Shown here: one piece after another, positions 54,244 to 62,287 of the stretch
Layout of the letters: every line of letters starts with the position of its first letter
Numbering within the stretch: position 1 is the stretch's first letter
Assembly (NCBI GenBank): GCA_022841915.1
Contig: JALHQN010000002.1
Location: 338,724-402,723, forward strand
DNA length: 64,000 bases
Direction: 5' to 3'
From: Burkholderiales bacterium
GTDB lineage: Bacteria; Pseudomonadota; Gammaproteobacteria; Burkholderiales; WYBJ01
Translations under genes and position numbers: made by a program
Notes under the pieces: generated by a model
Database searches by the model: none
What the model was told of the DNA's origin: nothing
The model's input: only the letters and a program-made list of their open reading frames with translations

Positions 54244-55257
54244 TCAGATCGCCTTCACCACGACTTTGCCGAACACCTCGCGCTCTTCCAGCAGGCGAAA
54301 GGCTTCGTTGACTTCTTCCAGCGGCAATTCGCGATCGATGGTCGGTGTCAGTCGCCCGTCCTTGATCATGTCGAGCAGCAGATGGAGGTCTTCGCGCATC
54401 CAGCCGTTGGAGCCGAGCACCTGCAATTCGAAGGTCCAGATGAAGCGCAGATCCTCGACCGGATCGTAGCCCGCGGTCGCACCGCAGGTCAGCAGCCGGC
54501 CTTGCCGGTGCAGCGCGCGCAAGGATTTCACCCACGTGTCGCCGCCGGTGAAGTTGACGACCACGTCGACGCCGCCTTCGAACTTGCGCCGATGCGGCTT
54601 GCCCCATTTCTCGTAGGCCCATTTCACGAAGTCCTGCTTCGTGTAATCGATCAGATGATCGGCGCCGAGTTCGGCCAGGCGCTTGAGCTTCGATTCGCTC
54701 GAGGCGCAGGCGATCACCTCGCAGCCGGCGAGTTTCGCCAGCTGCACGCAGCAGGTGCCCACGCCGCCCGATGCGCCGAGGATGAGCACGCGCTCGCCCT
54801 TGGCGATCTTGCCGATGGTATGCATCATGCGCACGGCCGTGCCGTAGGCGACCGGCAGGCAGGAGGCGGCTTCGTAGGAGACTTCGGCGGGCAGTTCGAC
54901 CAGATGATGCGCCGGCACCGCGCAAAACTGCGCCAAACCGCCGGGGCGCATCTCACCCAGCAGGCCGCCGAAGTTGACGCGATCCACCGGGTCGACCATC
55001 ACGCGTTGACCGACGCGCCAGCCCTCGACGCCTTCGCCCACTTCGACGATCTCGCCGGCGAAATCCAGCCCCATGATGCATGGCATCGGCACCTTGATTC
55101 CGGGCATGCCGCGGCGGGTGAAGATGTCGTGGTAGTTCAGTGTCGCCGCCTTCACGGCCAGGACCACCTCGCCGGCTGCCGGTTTGGGGTCGGGATAGTT
55201 GTTCTCGATCTGGATCGAACCCGGTCCGCCGTGTTCGCGTATAACCGCCGCTTTCAT
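54244..55257 (-). CDS. MDR-family zinc-binding dehydrogenase / quinone-oxidoreductase-like
   Basis: MKAAVIREHGGP...GLDFAGEIVEVG and ILGASGGVGTCCVQLAK. Its ATG overlaps the VOC gene stop (ATGA). Confidence 0.85.
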   Translation of the reverse strand: MKAAVIREHGGPGSIQIENNYPDPKPAAGEVVLAVKAATLNYHDIFTRRGMPGIKVPMPCIMGLDFAGEIVEVGEGVEGWRVGQRVMVDPVDRVNFGGLLGEMRPGGLAQFCAVPAHHLVELPAEVSYEAASCLPVAYGTAVRMMHTIGKIAKGERVLILGASGGVGTCCVQLAKLAGCEVIACASSESKLKRLAELGADHLIDYTKQDFVKWAYEKWGKPHRRKFEGGVDVVVNFTGGDTWVKSLRALHRQGRLLTCGATAGYDPVEDLRFIWTFELQVLGSNGWMREDLHLLLDMIKDGRLTPTIDRELPLEEVNEAFRLLEEREVFGKVVVKAI

Positions 55258-56129
55258 TTGTCGTTCTCCTCAAAAAAATGCAGGGTCGCACCGCAGCCCT
55301 CGGCCGGGTCCACCCAGATGCCATCGCGCTCGTCGATCGAGACGCCGCGTTGTAACAGCAATTGACGTGTTGCGGCCAGCGACTTCACCCGCACGCCGAA
55401 TCCCACTGCCGCGGGATGACCTTCCGCAGCGGGCGTGCCGCAGCGAGCTGCCCACTGCGCCGCATCGAAGACATGCACGCTGCCGCGCGTGAGCCCGACC
55501 AAGCCGTGCCCCGGCGTGAGGCGCTCGGGCCGTGTGCCAAGGATGCCGCCGAGCTTGGCACCGAGCGCGTCGACGTCCTCGCTGCAAAAGTAGACATGCT
55601 CCAGAGCCACCGCGCCGTTCGGATGGTCGAGCAGATGCGGCTGCCAGAGCACGTCGCGCGTCAGGTGCTCGATGTAGAGAAAGCGCGCTTCCGGATACGG
55701 GCCGCGATCCAGATAGATGTTGCGAAAGCGCGCGCGGCGCACGGCTTTGTCGTCGGGACCGTAGGCCGCATCGCGTTCCAGCGCACGGGGGGCTTCCACG
55801 GGAACACCGGCCTTGCTCAGTGCCTGGAAGGTCGCGTCGGCATCTTCGCAGCCTAGCGCAACGATATGAAGGCCTTCGTACCGCGCGACCATGTCCTTGA
55901 CCGAGCTGTAGCGGCTGGGGTCGGTGAGCCCGAGCACTTCGATGTAGCCCGTGCCGAGCATCGCGCAATGATTGCCCGAGCCCCAGGGCACGATCGGGGC
56001 GCCTGCGCTCGGTGAGCCCGAATGCATGCTGCGCGCGGTGAGGCGAAAGCCCAGGCGCTCGTAGGCCGTTCGGCCGCGCTCCAGATCCTTGACGCCGATA
56101 CCGACGTGGTCGAGCTTCAGATCAAGCAT
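55254..56129 (-). CDS. two-domain VOC (glyoxalase/dioxygenase-fold) family protein, paralog A
   Basis: LDHVGIGVKDLE...GYIEVLG is the N-terminal VOC module. It is clearly paralogous to the upstream gene. Its ATG overlaps the paralog B stop by 8 nt. Confidence 0.75.
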   Translation of the reverse strand: MLDLKLDHVGIGVKDLERGRTAYERLGFRLTARSMHSGSPSAGAPIVPWGSGNHCAMLGTGYIEVLGLTDPSRYSSVKDMVARYEGLHIVALGCEDADATFQALSKAGVPVEAPRALERDAAYGPDDKAVRRARFRNIYLDRGPYPEARFLYIEHLTRDVLWQPHLLDHPNGAVALEHVYFCSEDVDALGAKLGGILGTRPERLTPGHGLVGLTRGSVHVFDAAQWAARCGTPAAEGHPAAVGFGVRVKSLAATRQLLLQRGVSIDERDGIWVDPAEGCGATLHFFEENDK

Positions 56130-56946
56130 GTTGGACGAGCCTCATCACGAATCCGTTGGTCGCGCCCGGGGGCAGCCAGTGTTCGTCGCCGCTGCGCCGG
56201 ACGTCGATGCCGCGTTGCTCGAGCAGCGTGAGGGTTTGGGCGAGGTCGAGGAAGGAAATCGTGATCGCGGCAATGCAGGGGGCGGGGGGCTGCCAGCCGT
56301 AGCGACGCTGGAACTCGCCCGGGCTTTGCACTCGGGCGATTGCGTCGAGCGCTTCGACCCGCGCGACCACGTTTGCATCGTCGGTGACGATGAGCGCCTC
56401 TTCGAGCGCCTGCGCCCCGTTCTCGTGCTGCATCAGTTCGGGCTGCCAAAGCAGTTCCGGGGTTTGGTGCTCGATGACGATGTAGCGGCCCTCGGGACAG
56501 GCGCTGTCCCGCGAGAAGATGTTCCGAAAGCGCATCGTGCGCGCCTCGCCTCGGTAGGTTAGCGTGCGCTCACGCTCGACAGGTGGCGCCAGGAACGGTG
56601 CTTTGTGCCGAAGTCTCGCAAAGGCTGCATCGGCCTCGGTACAGCGCAGAGCCAGTAGGTGCAGACCTTCGAAGCGGTTCAAAAAGCTCCGCCAGGGGTT
56701 GTAGGCCGCGGCATCGACCGTGCCGATGAGTTCGAGGTAGCCGCGGCGCAGGATCGCGCAGCGATTGGCGGTTGCCCAAGGCTGCATCTGGGCCTCGCCT
56801 GGCACTGCGCCGCGTTGCCGGCTGAGCGGCGAGAGCGCGAACCCGAGCCGCTCCCAGCGGCTGGCGGCCGCGGCGAGATCGTGCGTGATGGCGCCGACGT
56901 GGTCGAGCGCGAGTTCAGCGGCCTGCGTCACCGGCCTCACTGCCAC
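56122..56946 (-). CDS. two-domain VOC (glyoxalase/dioxygenase-fold) family protein, paralog B
   Basis: LDHVGAITHDL...GYLELIG. Candidate GTG starts lie at 56946, 56940 and 56931, and all overlap the ligase 3' end. The start is uncertain. Confidence 0.7.
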   Translation of the reverse strand: MAVRPVTQAAELALDHVGAITHDLAAAASRWERLGFALSPLSRQRGAVPGEAQMQPWATANRCAILRRGYLELIGTVDAAAYNPWRSFLNRFEGLHLLALRCTEADAAFARLRHKAPFLAPPVERERTLTYRGEARTMRFRNIFSRDSACPEGRYIVIEHQTPELLWQPELMQHENGAQALEEALIVTDDANVVARVEALDAIARVQSPGEFQRRYGWQPPAPCIAAITISFLDLAQTLTLLEQRGIDVRRSGDEHWLPPGATNGFVMRLVQHA

Positions 56947-58429
56947 GCCATTGTTGCAAGGCGAGCGCTGCCAAGATCTTGCGATCCACCTTGTTCGTGC
57001 CCGCCAGCGGGAACTCGCCCATGAACGTGACTTGCCGGGGATGCTGATAGGCGGGCGCGTTGGAAAGCGCGTATTGCTTGACGTCGTCTTCGGTGAGTGC
57101 GGCGCCTGGCCGGGGAATCACGAAGGCGAAAGGCTTCGCGCCCTTGATCTCGTCGGGCACCGCGACGACGCAGGATTGCATGATGTCGGGGTGCGTTTCG
57201 AGCATGTGCTCGACCTCGCCGGGATAGATGTTCTCGCCGCCGCAGACGAACATGTCGTCGGCGCGACCGACGAAGAAGTACGCGCCCTGATCGTCGCGCC
57301 GGAAGACATCGCCCGAGATGTACCAGCCGTCGGTTGTCAGCACCTCTGCCGACTTCTGGGGAAGGTTCAGATAGCCCTTCATGTTCGCGGGGGTGCGTAT
57401 CCAGAGCACGCCCTCGTCGGCGTCGCAGCCGTCGGCGTCGACCAGGCGCACCTCGACACCAGGCATGGGCCAGCCCAGCGCGATGTCGGGCTTCTTCTTG
57501 CCCTCGGGCGACGGACCGAACATCACCGGCCCGGCTTCGGTGGTGCCGTAGGAGTTGAGGACCGTCGCCGCCGGGAACACCCGCCGAACGTCGTCGACCA
57601 GTTTCTGCGTAATCGGCGCCGAACCCATGCGCACGGTGCGCACGCTGGACAAATCGGTGCGGGCGAGCGTTTCCTTCTCGCGCACCGCCATGGCGATCAT
57701 CGTGGGCACGGACGTCACCCATGTCACGCCGTAACGACCGATCGCTTCGATGTAGTGGCGCGCGTCGAACTGCGGCATCAGAACCATGCTCGCCTGGGCT
57801 GCCAGCGCGAACTTCGCACTGCCGAGGGCGTTCATGTGGAACAAGGGCGCGGCAACGAGCAGCCGCTGATCCTTGAAGGGGCCGGGGGCGATGCGCGAGC
57901 GCACCGTCCACAGATGGCCTTCGTGATCGAGCGGCACGCCTTTGGGCCGGCCGGTCGAGCCCGAGGTGTAGAGAATCATCGCGATCGCGCCGGGATCGGG
58001 ATGGACGGTGTCGAACTCGGGCGGACCCAGGAAGCCTTGCCAGTCGGACTCGAACTCGACCGTGGGCATGCCGGCGGGCAGCAAGCTGCGGCGAGCCGCA
58101 TCGCAGAACACCAGGCGCACGTCTGCATCCTGCAGAACGAACTCGATGGTCGCACGCGGAAACTTGTGATTGATGGGCACGGCGACCAGCCCGGCCCGCA
58201 TGCTGCCGAAATACGCCGCCAGGAACTCGGCCCGGTTGGCCGCCAGGATGCCGATGCGCTGCCCGGGTGTGAGGCCCTTTCTCCTGAGCCCGTTGGCGAC
58301 GGAACGCGCAAGGCGATCCATGTCGCCGTGGCTGTAGTGCACCGGCCGCTCCCAATCGAGGCAATCGATCAGCGCGGTGGCGGCGGGGTCCTGCGTAGGG
58401 GCGACCAAGTCGCCGAGATTGAACAGCAT
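56915..58429 (-). CDS. AMP-dependent acyl-CoA synthetase/ligase
   Basis: ORF 56915..58627. Start is ATG 58429 (residue 67). LYTSGSTGRPKGV (AMP-binding motif I), YGTTE, and GDV...D..GY.F.GR.DD. Confidence 0.88.
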   Translation of the reverse strand: MLFNLGDLVAPTQDPAATALIDCLDWERPVHYSHGDMDRLARSVANGLRRKGLTPGQRIGILAANRAEFLAAYFGSMRAGLVAVPINHKFPRATIEFVLQDADVRLVFCDAARRSLLPAGMPTVEFESDWQGFLGPPEFDTVHPDPGAIAMILYTSGSTGRPKGVPLDHEGHLWTVRSRIAPGPFKDQRLLVAAPLFHMNALGSAKFALAAQASMVLMPQFDARHYIEAIGRYGVTWVTSVPTMIAMAVREKETLARTDLSSVRTVRMGSAPITQKLVDDVRRVFPAATVLNSYGTTEAGPVMFGPSPEGKKKPDIALGWPMPGVEVRLVDADGCDADEGVLWIRTPANMKGYLNLPQKSAEVLTTDGWYISGDVFRRDDQGAYFFVGRADDMFVCGGENIYPGEVEHMLETHPDIMQSCVVAVPDEIKGAKPFAFVIPRPGAALTEDDVKQYALSNAPAYQHPRQVTFMGEFPLAGTNKVDRKILAALALQQWRGSEAGDAGR

Positions 58430-58820
58430 AGTCGAACGTGGGTTGTCTGGGTCAGCCGGCGATCGCAGAGCCTCGTGCTGTCGGCGGTCGCGCTGGAGCG
58501 CAGGACCACCGGCCCTCGATGTGATCTGCCGGACGCAATGTCGGCGGCCAGTGTAACCGCTTGCGTTGTGCTTTGCCACGAAGGGGGATCGGCTGGACCT
58601 CACGGTGCGCGGGCGATGGCTGCGCACCCTGGCTGCGAGTTCTTCGATGGGCGTCGCGCATCGTTCCTATCGAGATCAGCCGATTTGGGTCGTTAAGGCT
58701 CGCAATGCGTCATCATGCTCGCCTGATCGCAGGCAGCGCTTCGCGATGCGGAGATGGCGATCGCAGTGACGTCCGAACGGCTCGCCCGATGAACGAGATT
58801 CTCTGGAGAGGAAAACAACG

Positions 58821-59405
58821 ATGGAATGGATCTTCCTGGCGGCTGTCGTGGCCGTGGCCGGTTACGGCATCGTCATCTACAACGGCCTGGTCGCCTTGCG
58901 CAATCGGGTCAAGAACGCTTTTTCGCAGATCGACGTGCAGTTGCAGCGTCGCTACGACCTGATTCCGAATCTGGTCGAGACCGCCAAGGGTTACCTGGCG
59001 CACGAGCGCGGAACGCTCGAAGCCGTGATCGCGGCACGCAACCAGGCGCAAGCCGCTGCGGGACGCGCGAGCGCTGGCGCAGCAGGCGCCATCGGGGAGT
59101 TGGCCGGGGCCGAGGCCGCGCTGGGCGGCTTGCTGACACGCTTCTTCGCCCTTGCGGAGGCCTATCCCGACCTGAAGGCCAATCAGAACATGGCGCAGTT
59201 GCAGGAGGAACTTGCCAGCACCGAGAACCGAGTCGCCTTCGCGCGCCAGGCGTACAACGACGCGGTCATGGGCTACAACACCAAGCGGGAGCAATTCCCC
59301 GATTCGGTCGTTGCCAATACCTTCAACTTCGCGGCTGCCGAACAGTGGCAATTGGAGAGCGCGCAAGCGCGCACCGCGCCGAAGGTGAGCTTCGGCCAGT
59401 CCTGA
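58821..59405 (+). CDS. LemA family protein
   Basis: N-terminal TM segment followed by YNGLVALRNRVKNAFSQIDVQLQRRYDLIPNLVETAKGY, the LemA consensus. GGAGAGG ribosome-binding site. Confidence 0.9.
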   Translation: MEWIFLAAVVAVAGYGIVIYNGLVALRNRVKNAFSQIDVQLQRRYDLIPNLVETAKGYLAHERGTLEAVIAARNQAQAAAGRASAGAAGAIGELAGAEAALGGLLTRFFALAEAYPDLKANQNMAQLQEELASTENRVAFARQAYNDAVMGYNTKREQFPDSVVANTFNFAAAEQWQLESAQARTAPKVSFGQS

Positions 59406-59420
59406 TCGAGATCGGGCACG

Positions 59421-62039
59421 ATGGACTTCTTCGCAGCGCAGGACCGCGCGCGACGCGCGAGCCGCTGGCTGTTGCTGTGGTTTTTCCTGGTGGTGGCGGC
59501 CACCATCATGCTGGTCTATCTGGTCATCGCGCCGCCACTGGCCGGCCAAGGCGCCAGCCTCTGGCGGCCGGGGTTGTTCTTTCTCGTTGCCTTCAGCGTC
59601 GGCGGCGTGATCCTCGGCGGTTCAGCCTGGAAGGTGGCTGAGCTCGCCGCTGGCGGGGGTGCGGCGGTCGCCCATTCGTTGGGGGGGCGGCTTGCGACGC
59701 GCACGAGCGCCGACCCCGCGGAGCGGCGCTTGCTCAATCTCGTCGACGAGATGGCCCTGGCCGCCGGAATTCCGGCTCCGCCGGTGTACGTGCTCGAGAA
59801 CGAAAGCGGCATCAATGCCTTCGCCGCCGGCGCCCGAGCGCAGGAAGCCGTCGTCGCCTTCACCCGAGGCGCACTGGAGAAACTCACGCGCGATGAGATG
59901 CAAGGCGTGGTCGCGCACGAGTTCAGCCACATCCTCAACGGCGACATGCGCCTCAATCTGCGGCTCATGGGCGTTCTGCACGGCCTTTTCATGCTCGCTA
60001 CCGCCGGGCGGCTCCTGCTCAGAAGCGGCGGCGGTCGGTCGTCGGGCAGGAACCGAGGCGGCCTGGTCGCGCTGGGTGTTGCGCTGATCGTCGCGGGCTA
60101 CGTCGGCGTGCTGGCCGGACGGTTGCTACGCGCCGCCGTCTCGCGTCAGCGGGAGTTCTTGGCCGATGCATCGGCTGTGCAGTTCACCCGCAATCCAGCG
60201 GCCGTGGCCGGCGCCTTGCGCAAGATCGCGGGAGAAGGCGCCGGGCTCGTCCATGCGCGCGCCGATGAGGTGAGCCACATGCTGTTCGATGCCGGGCGCA
60301 GCTTCGCGGGCTGGTTCGCCACGCATCCGCCGTTGCCCGAACGCATCCGTCGCATCGAAGGTGGCGTGGGGTTCGTCGCCGTGCCGCCGACCATCGCGCC
60401 GTTGCCCGGTCTTGCGGCGGTCGCGAATGAAACGCTCGCGACAGCCTTTGCTGTCACGCCACCGGTCGCGATCCCAGCCCCGCAGGCCTATGCGCAGCGT
60501 ATCGGGGCACTGGCCGCCGAACAGGTCGAGGCCGCGCGCGACCTGATCGAAACCTTGCCGGACAATCTGCGTCGTGCCGTGTCCACGCCGTCCGGCGCGT
60601 GTGCGGTCGTTCTCGCGCTGCTGCTCTCGCGAAATGCCGAACAGCGGGCCGATCAGCTTGCCGCTGTGGCGCGTCGCTACGACGAGGTATTCGCACGGCA
60701 GGTCGCCGCAGCCATCGCAGACGACCTGGCGCCGAGCTTGCGCCTGCCGCTGATCGAACTCGCGCTCGGCGCGCTGCGCGAAATGCAGGCCCACGCGCGC
60801 GATGACTTCCTCGCCGCCGGCGATGCGATGGCGCGCGCGGATGGGCGCGTGAGCCTCGGCGAGTACGTCCTGCTGCGCCTGCTGCGAGACGCGCTGGTGC
60901 CGCGAATACCGTCTCCCATGCGACTCATCCCCGGCGAACTGGCCGCGCATGGCGCGCTGGTGCTGTCGCTCGTTGCCCATGCGGGGCACCGTGATTCGGA
61001 CGCAGCCGCCGCGGCTTTCGGACCAGGCGCGAGCCGTGCGCCTACCGACGGCTTGACGCTGCTGCCGCGCGCCGAGATGCGCACCGAGGCGCTCGACCGG
61101 GCATTGGACAACCTGTCATGCGCCGCCCCCGGTTACCGCCGCCGCCTGGTCGAAGCGCTCGCTGCCGTCGCCTGGCACGATGACCGCCTCGGTTCTGCCG
61201 AGGCTGAACTGCTCGCGGCCGTCTGCAGTGCGCTCGATTGTCCCGTGCCCCTGCCGCCGGTGCCCGATGTCCGCGCAAGAACCGGCGCAGCTGCGAGTGC
61301 AGACGGCTCGCCTGCGGCGGCAGTCGGTCTCACGGCGTCGCCGCGAACGCCGGAGGTCGCGCTGGCGAGCGCAGATCGGCTGCCGGTCCAGGCGCTGGTG
61401 GCTGCCAACCTGATTCCCGTGATCGGCGTGTTCTTCTTCGACTGGGATGCCCTGACCTTGTTGTTGACCTACTGGCTGGAGAACCTCGTGGTCGGCGCCT
61501 TCACCTATGCGCGCATGGCGCGCGTCGGCGGTTGGACCACCCTGTTCTCGCCCGGCCTGTTCTTCCTGTTCCACTATGGCTTCTTCTGCGCCGGCCACGG
61601 CATGGTGCTCATGGGCATCGGCGCGATGACCGGCTTGTCGGTCGACCTCGCTGCCTACGTCGGCGACGTGGAATGGCCCGGGCCATTCGTCATTTTTCAG
61701 GAACTCACCGGTATCCTGCTGTGGATCGCGAACGAGCGCCCGGAGATGCTGCTGGCGCTGGTCGGATTTTTCGCCAGCCACGGCGTGTCCACTCTCGTCC
61801 ATAACTTCATCGGCGACGAGGACCGAGGACGCGAGGTCAAGCAGATCATGTTCGATCCCTACCGGCGCATCCTCGTCCTGCATGTCGCGATGATCGCCGG
61901 CATGTTCGTCGTGATCCTGTCCGGCGGGGCCAGCATCGTGCCTGTGCTGCTGCTCATGGTGGCGGGCAAGATCGCCTTGGACCTGCATCTGCACCGCCGG
62001 GCGCATCGGTCGCGATTGTTGCAGACCGCGGGTGCGTGA
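59421..62039 (+). CDS. M48-family zinc metallopeptidase fused to TerB-like repeats and a C-terminal polytopic (DUF6498-like) membrane domain
   Basis: H166-E-F-S-H170 (HExxH) and REFLADASA (third ligand region), with flanking TM helices. Middle segments such as ARADGRVSLGEYVLL and WHDDRLGSAEAELLAAV are TerB-like. The last 219 aa (from nt 61380) are multi-TM (NLIPVIGVFFFDWDALTLLLTYWLENLVVG...). Confidence 0.8.
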   Translation: MDFFAAQDRARRASRWLLLWFFLVVAATIMLVYLVIAPPLAGQGASLWRPGLFFLVAFSVGGVILGGSAWKVAELAAGGGAAVAHSLGGRLATRTSADPAERRLLNLVDEMALAAGIPAPPVYVLENESGINAFAAGARAQEAVVAFTRGALEKLTRDEMQGVVAHEFSHILNGDMRLNLRLMGVLHGLFMLATAGRLLLRSGGGRSSGRNRGGLVALGVALIVAGYVGVLAGRLLRAAVSRQREFLADASAVQFTRNPAAVAGALRKIAGEGAGLVHARADEVSHMLFDAGRSFAGWFATHPPLPERIRRIEGGVGFVAVPPTIAPLPGLAAVANETLATAFAVTPPVAIPAPQAYAQRIGALAAEQVEAARDLIETLPDNLRRAVSTPSGACAVVLALLLSRNAEQRADQLAAVARRYDEVFARQVAAAIADDLAPSLRLPLIELALGALREMQAHARDDFLAAGDAMARADGRVSLGEYVLLRLLRDALVPRIPSPMRLIPGELAAHGALVLSLVAHAGHRDSDAAAAAFGPGASRAPTDGLTLLPRAEMRTEALDRALDNLSCAAPGYRRRLVEALAAVAWHDDRLGSAEAELLAAVCSALDCPVPLPPVPDVRARTGAAASADGSPAAAVGLTASPRTPEVALASADRLPVQALVAANLIPVIGVFFFDWDALTLLLTYWLENLVVGAFTYARMARVGGWTTLFSPGLFFLFHYGFFCAGHGMVLMGIGAMTGLSVDLAAYVGDVEWPGPFVIFQELTGILLWIANERPEMLLALVGFFASHGVSTLVHNFIGDEDRGREVKQIMFDPYRRILVLHVAMIAGMFVVILSGGASIVPVLLLMVAGKIALDLHLHRRAHRSRLLQTAGA

Positions 62040-62082
62040 GATCCTGGCTGCGTAGTCGGTGCATCGAACAAGGCTGGGGGTG

Positions 62083-62111
62083 GAGCGAGTCGATGCGGTC
62101 GCTCGGGTTTT
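62083..62111 (+). terminator. weak terminator-like hairpin after the M48 gene
   Basis: GAGCGA-N10-TCGCTC (6-bp stem) followed by gggTTTT, about 45 nt after the stop at 62039. Confidence 0.25.
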
Positions 62112-62287
62112 GCCCCCGGGTGGTTCGTCGAGCATGCTCGATCGACAGCTGGAGGCGCCGCCTCTGCGCGACCTGCCAAGGCAGGGAAATGTACGCGAGG
62201 TCGCGTCTCGCCCAGCCATCGCCAGGGCTTGCTATCATCACCCCACTGTAGTCATGCGCTGGCCCGTGCCAGCGATCGGAGGAGCTC

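Noticed and set aside
56765-58696. 643-aa plus-strand ORF antisense to the acyl-CoA ligase. Similar long shadow ORFs lie at 9438-10724, 13482-14879, 18446-19834, 20445-22037, 27161-28828, 28885-30201, 34383-35765, 35897-37372 and 49325-50842.
   Set aside because: All lie opposite or off-frame to genes with strong family motifs. They show the Arg/Ala/Gly/His/Asp bias expected from GC-rich antisense frames and have no start-site support.
58430-58820. Small ORFs (67 and 133 aa on the plus strand, 69 aa on the minus strand) in the 390-bp region between the ligase operon and lemA
   Set aside because: They have no ribosome-binding site with proper spacing. One runs into and overlaps lemA out of frame. 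The translations are Arg/Ser/Cys-rich without motifs. The region is more plausibly divergent promoter DNA.
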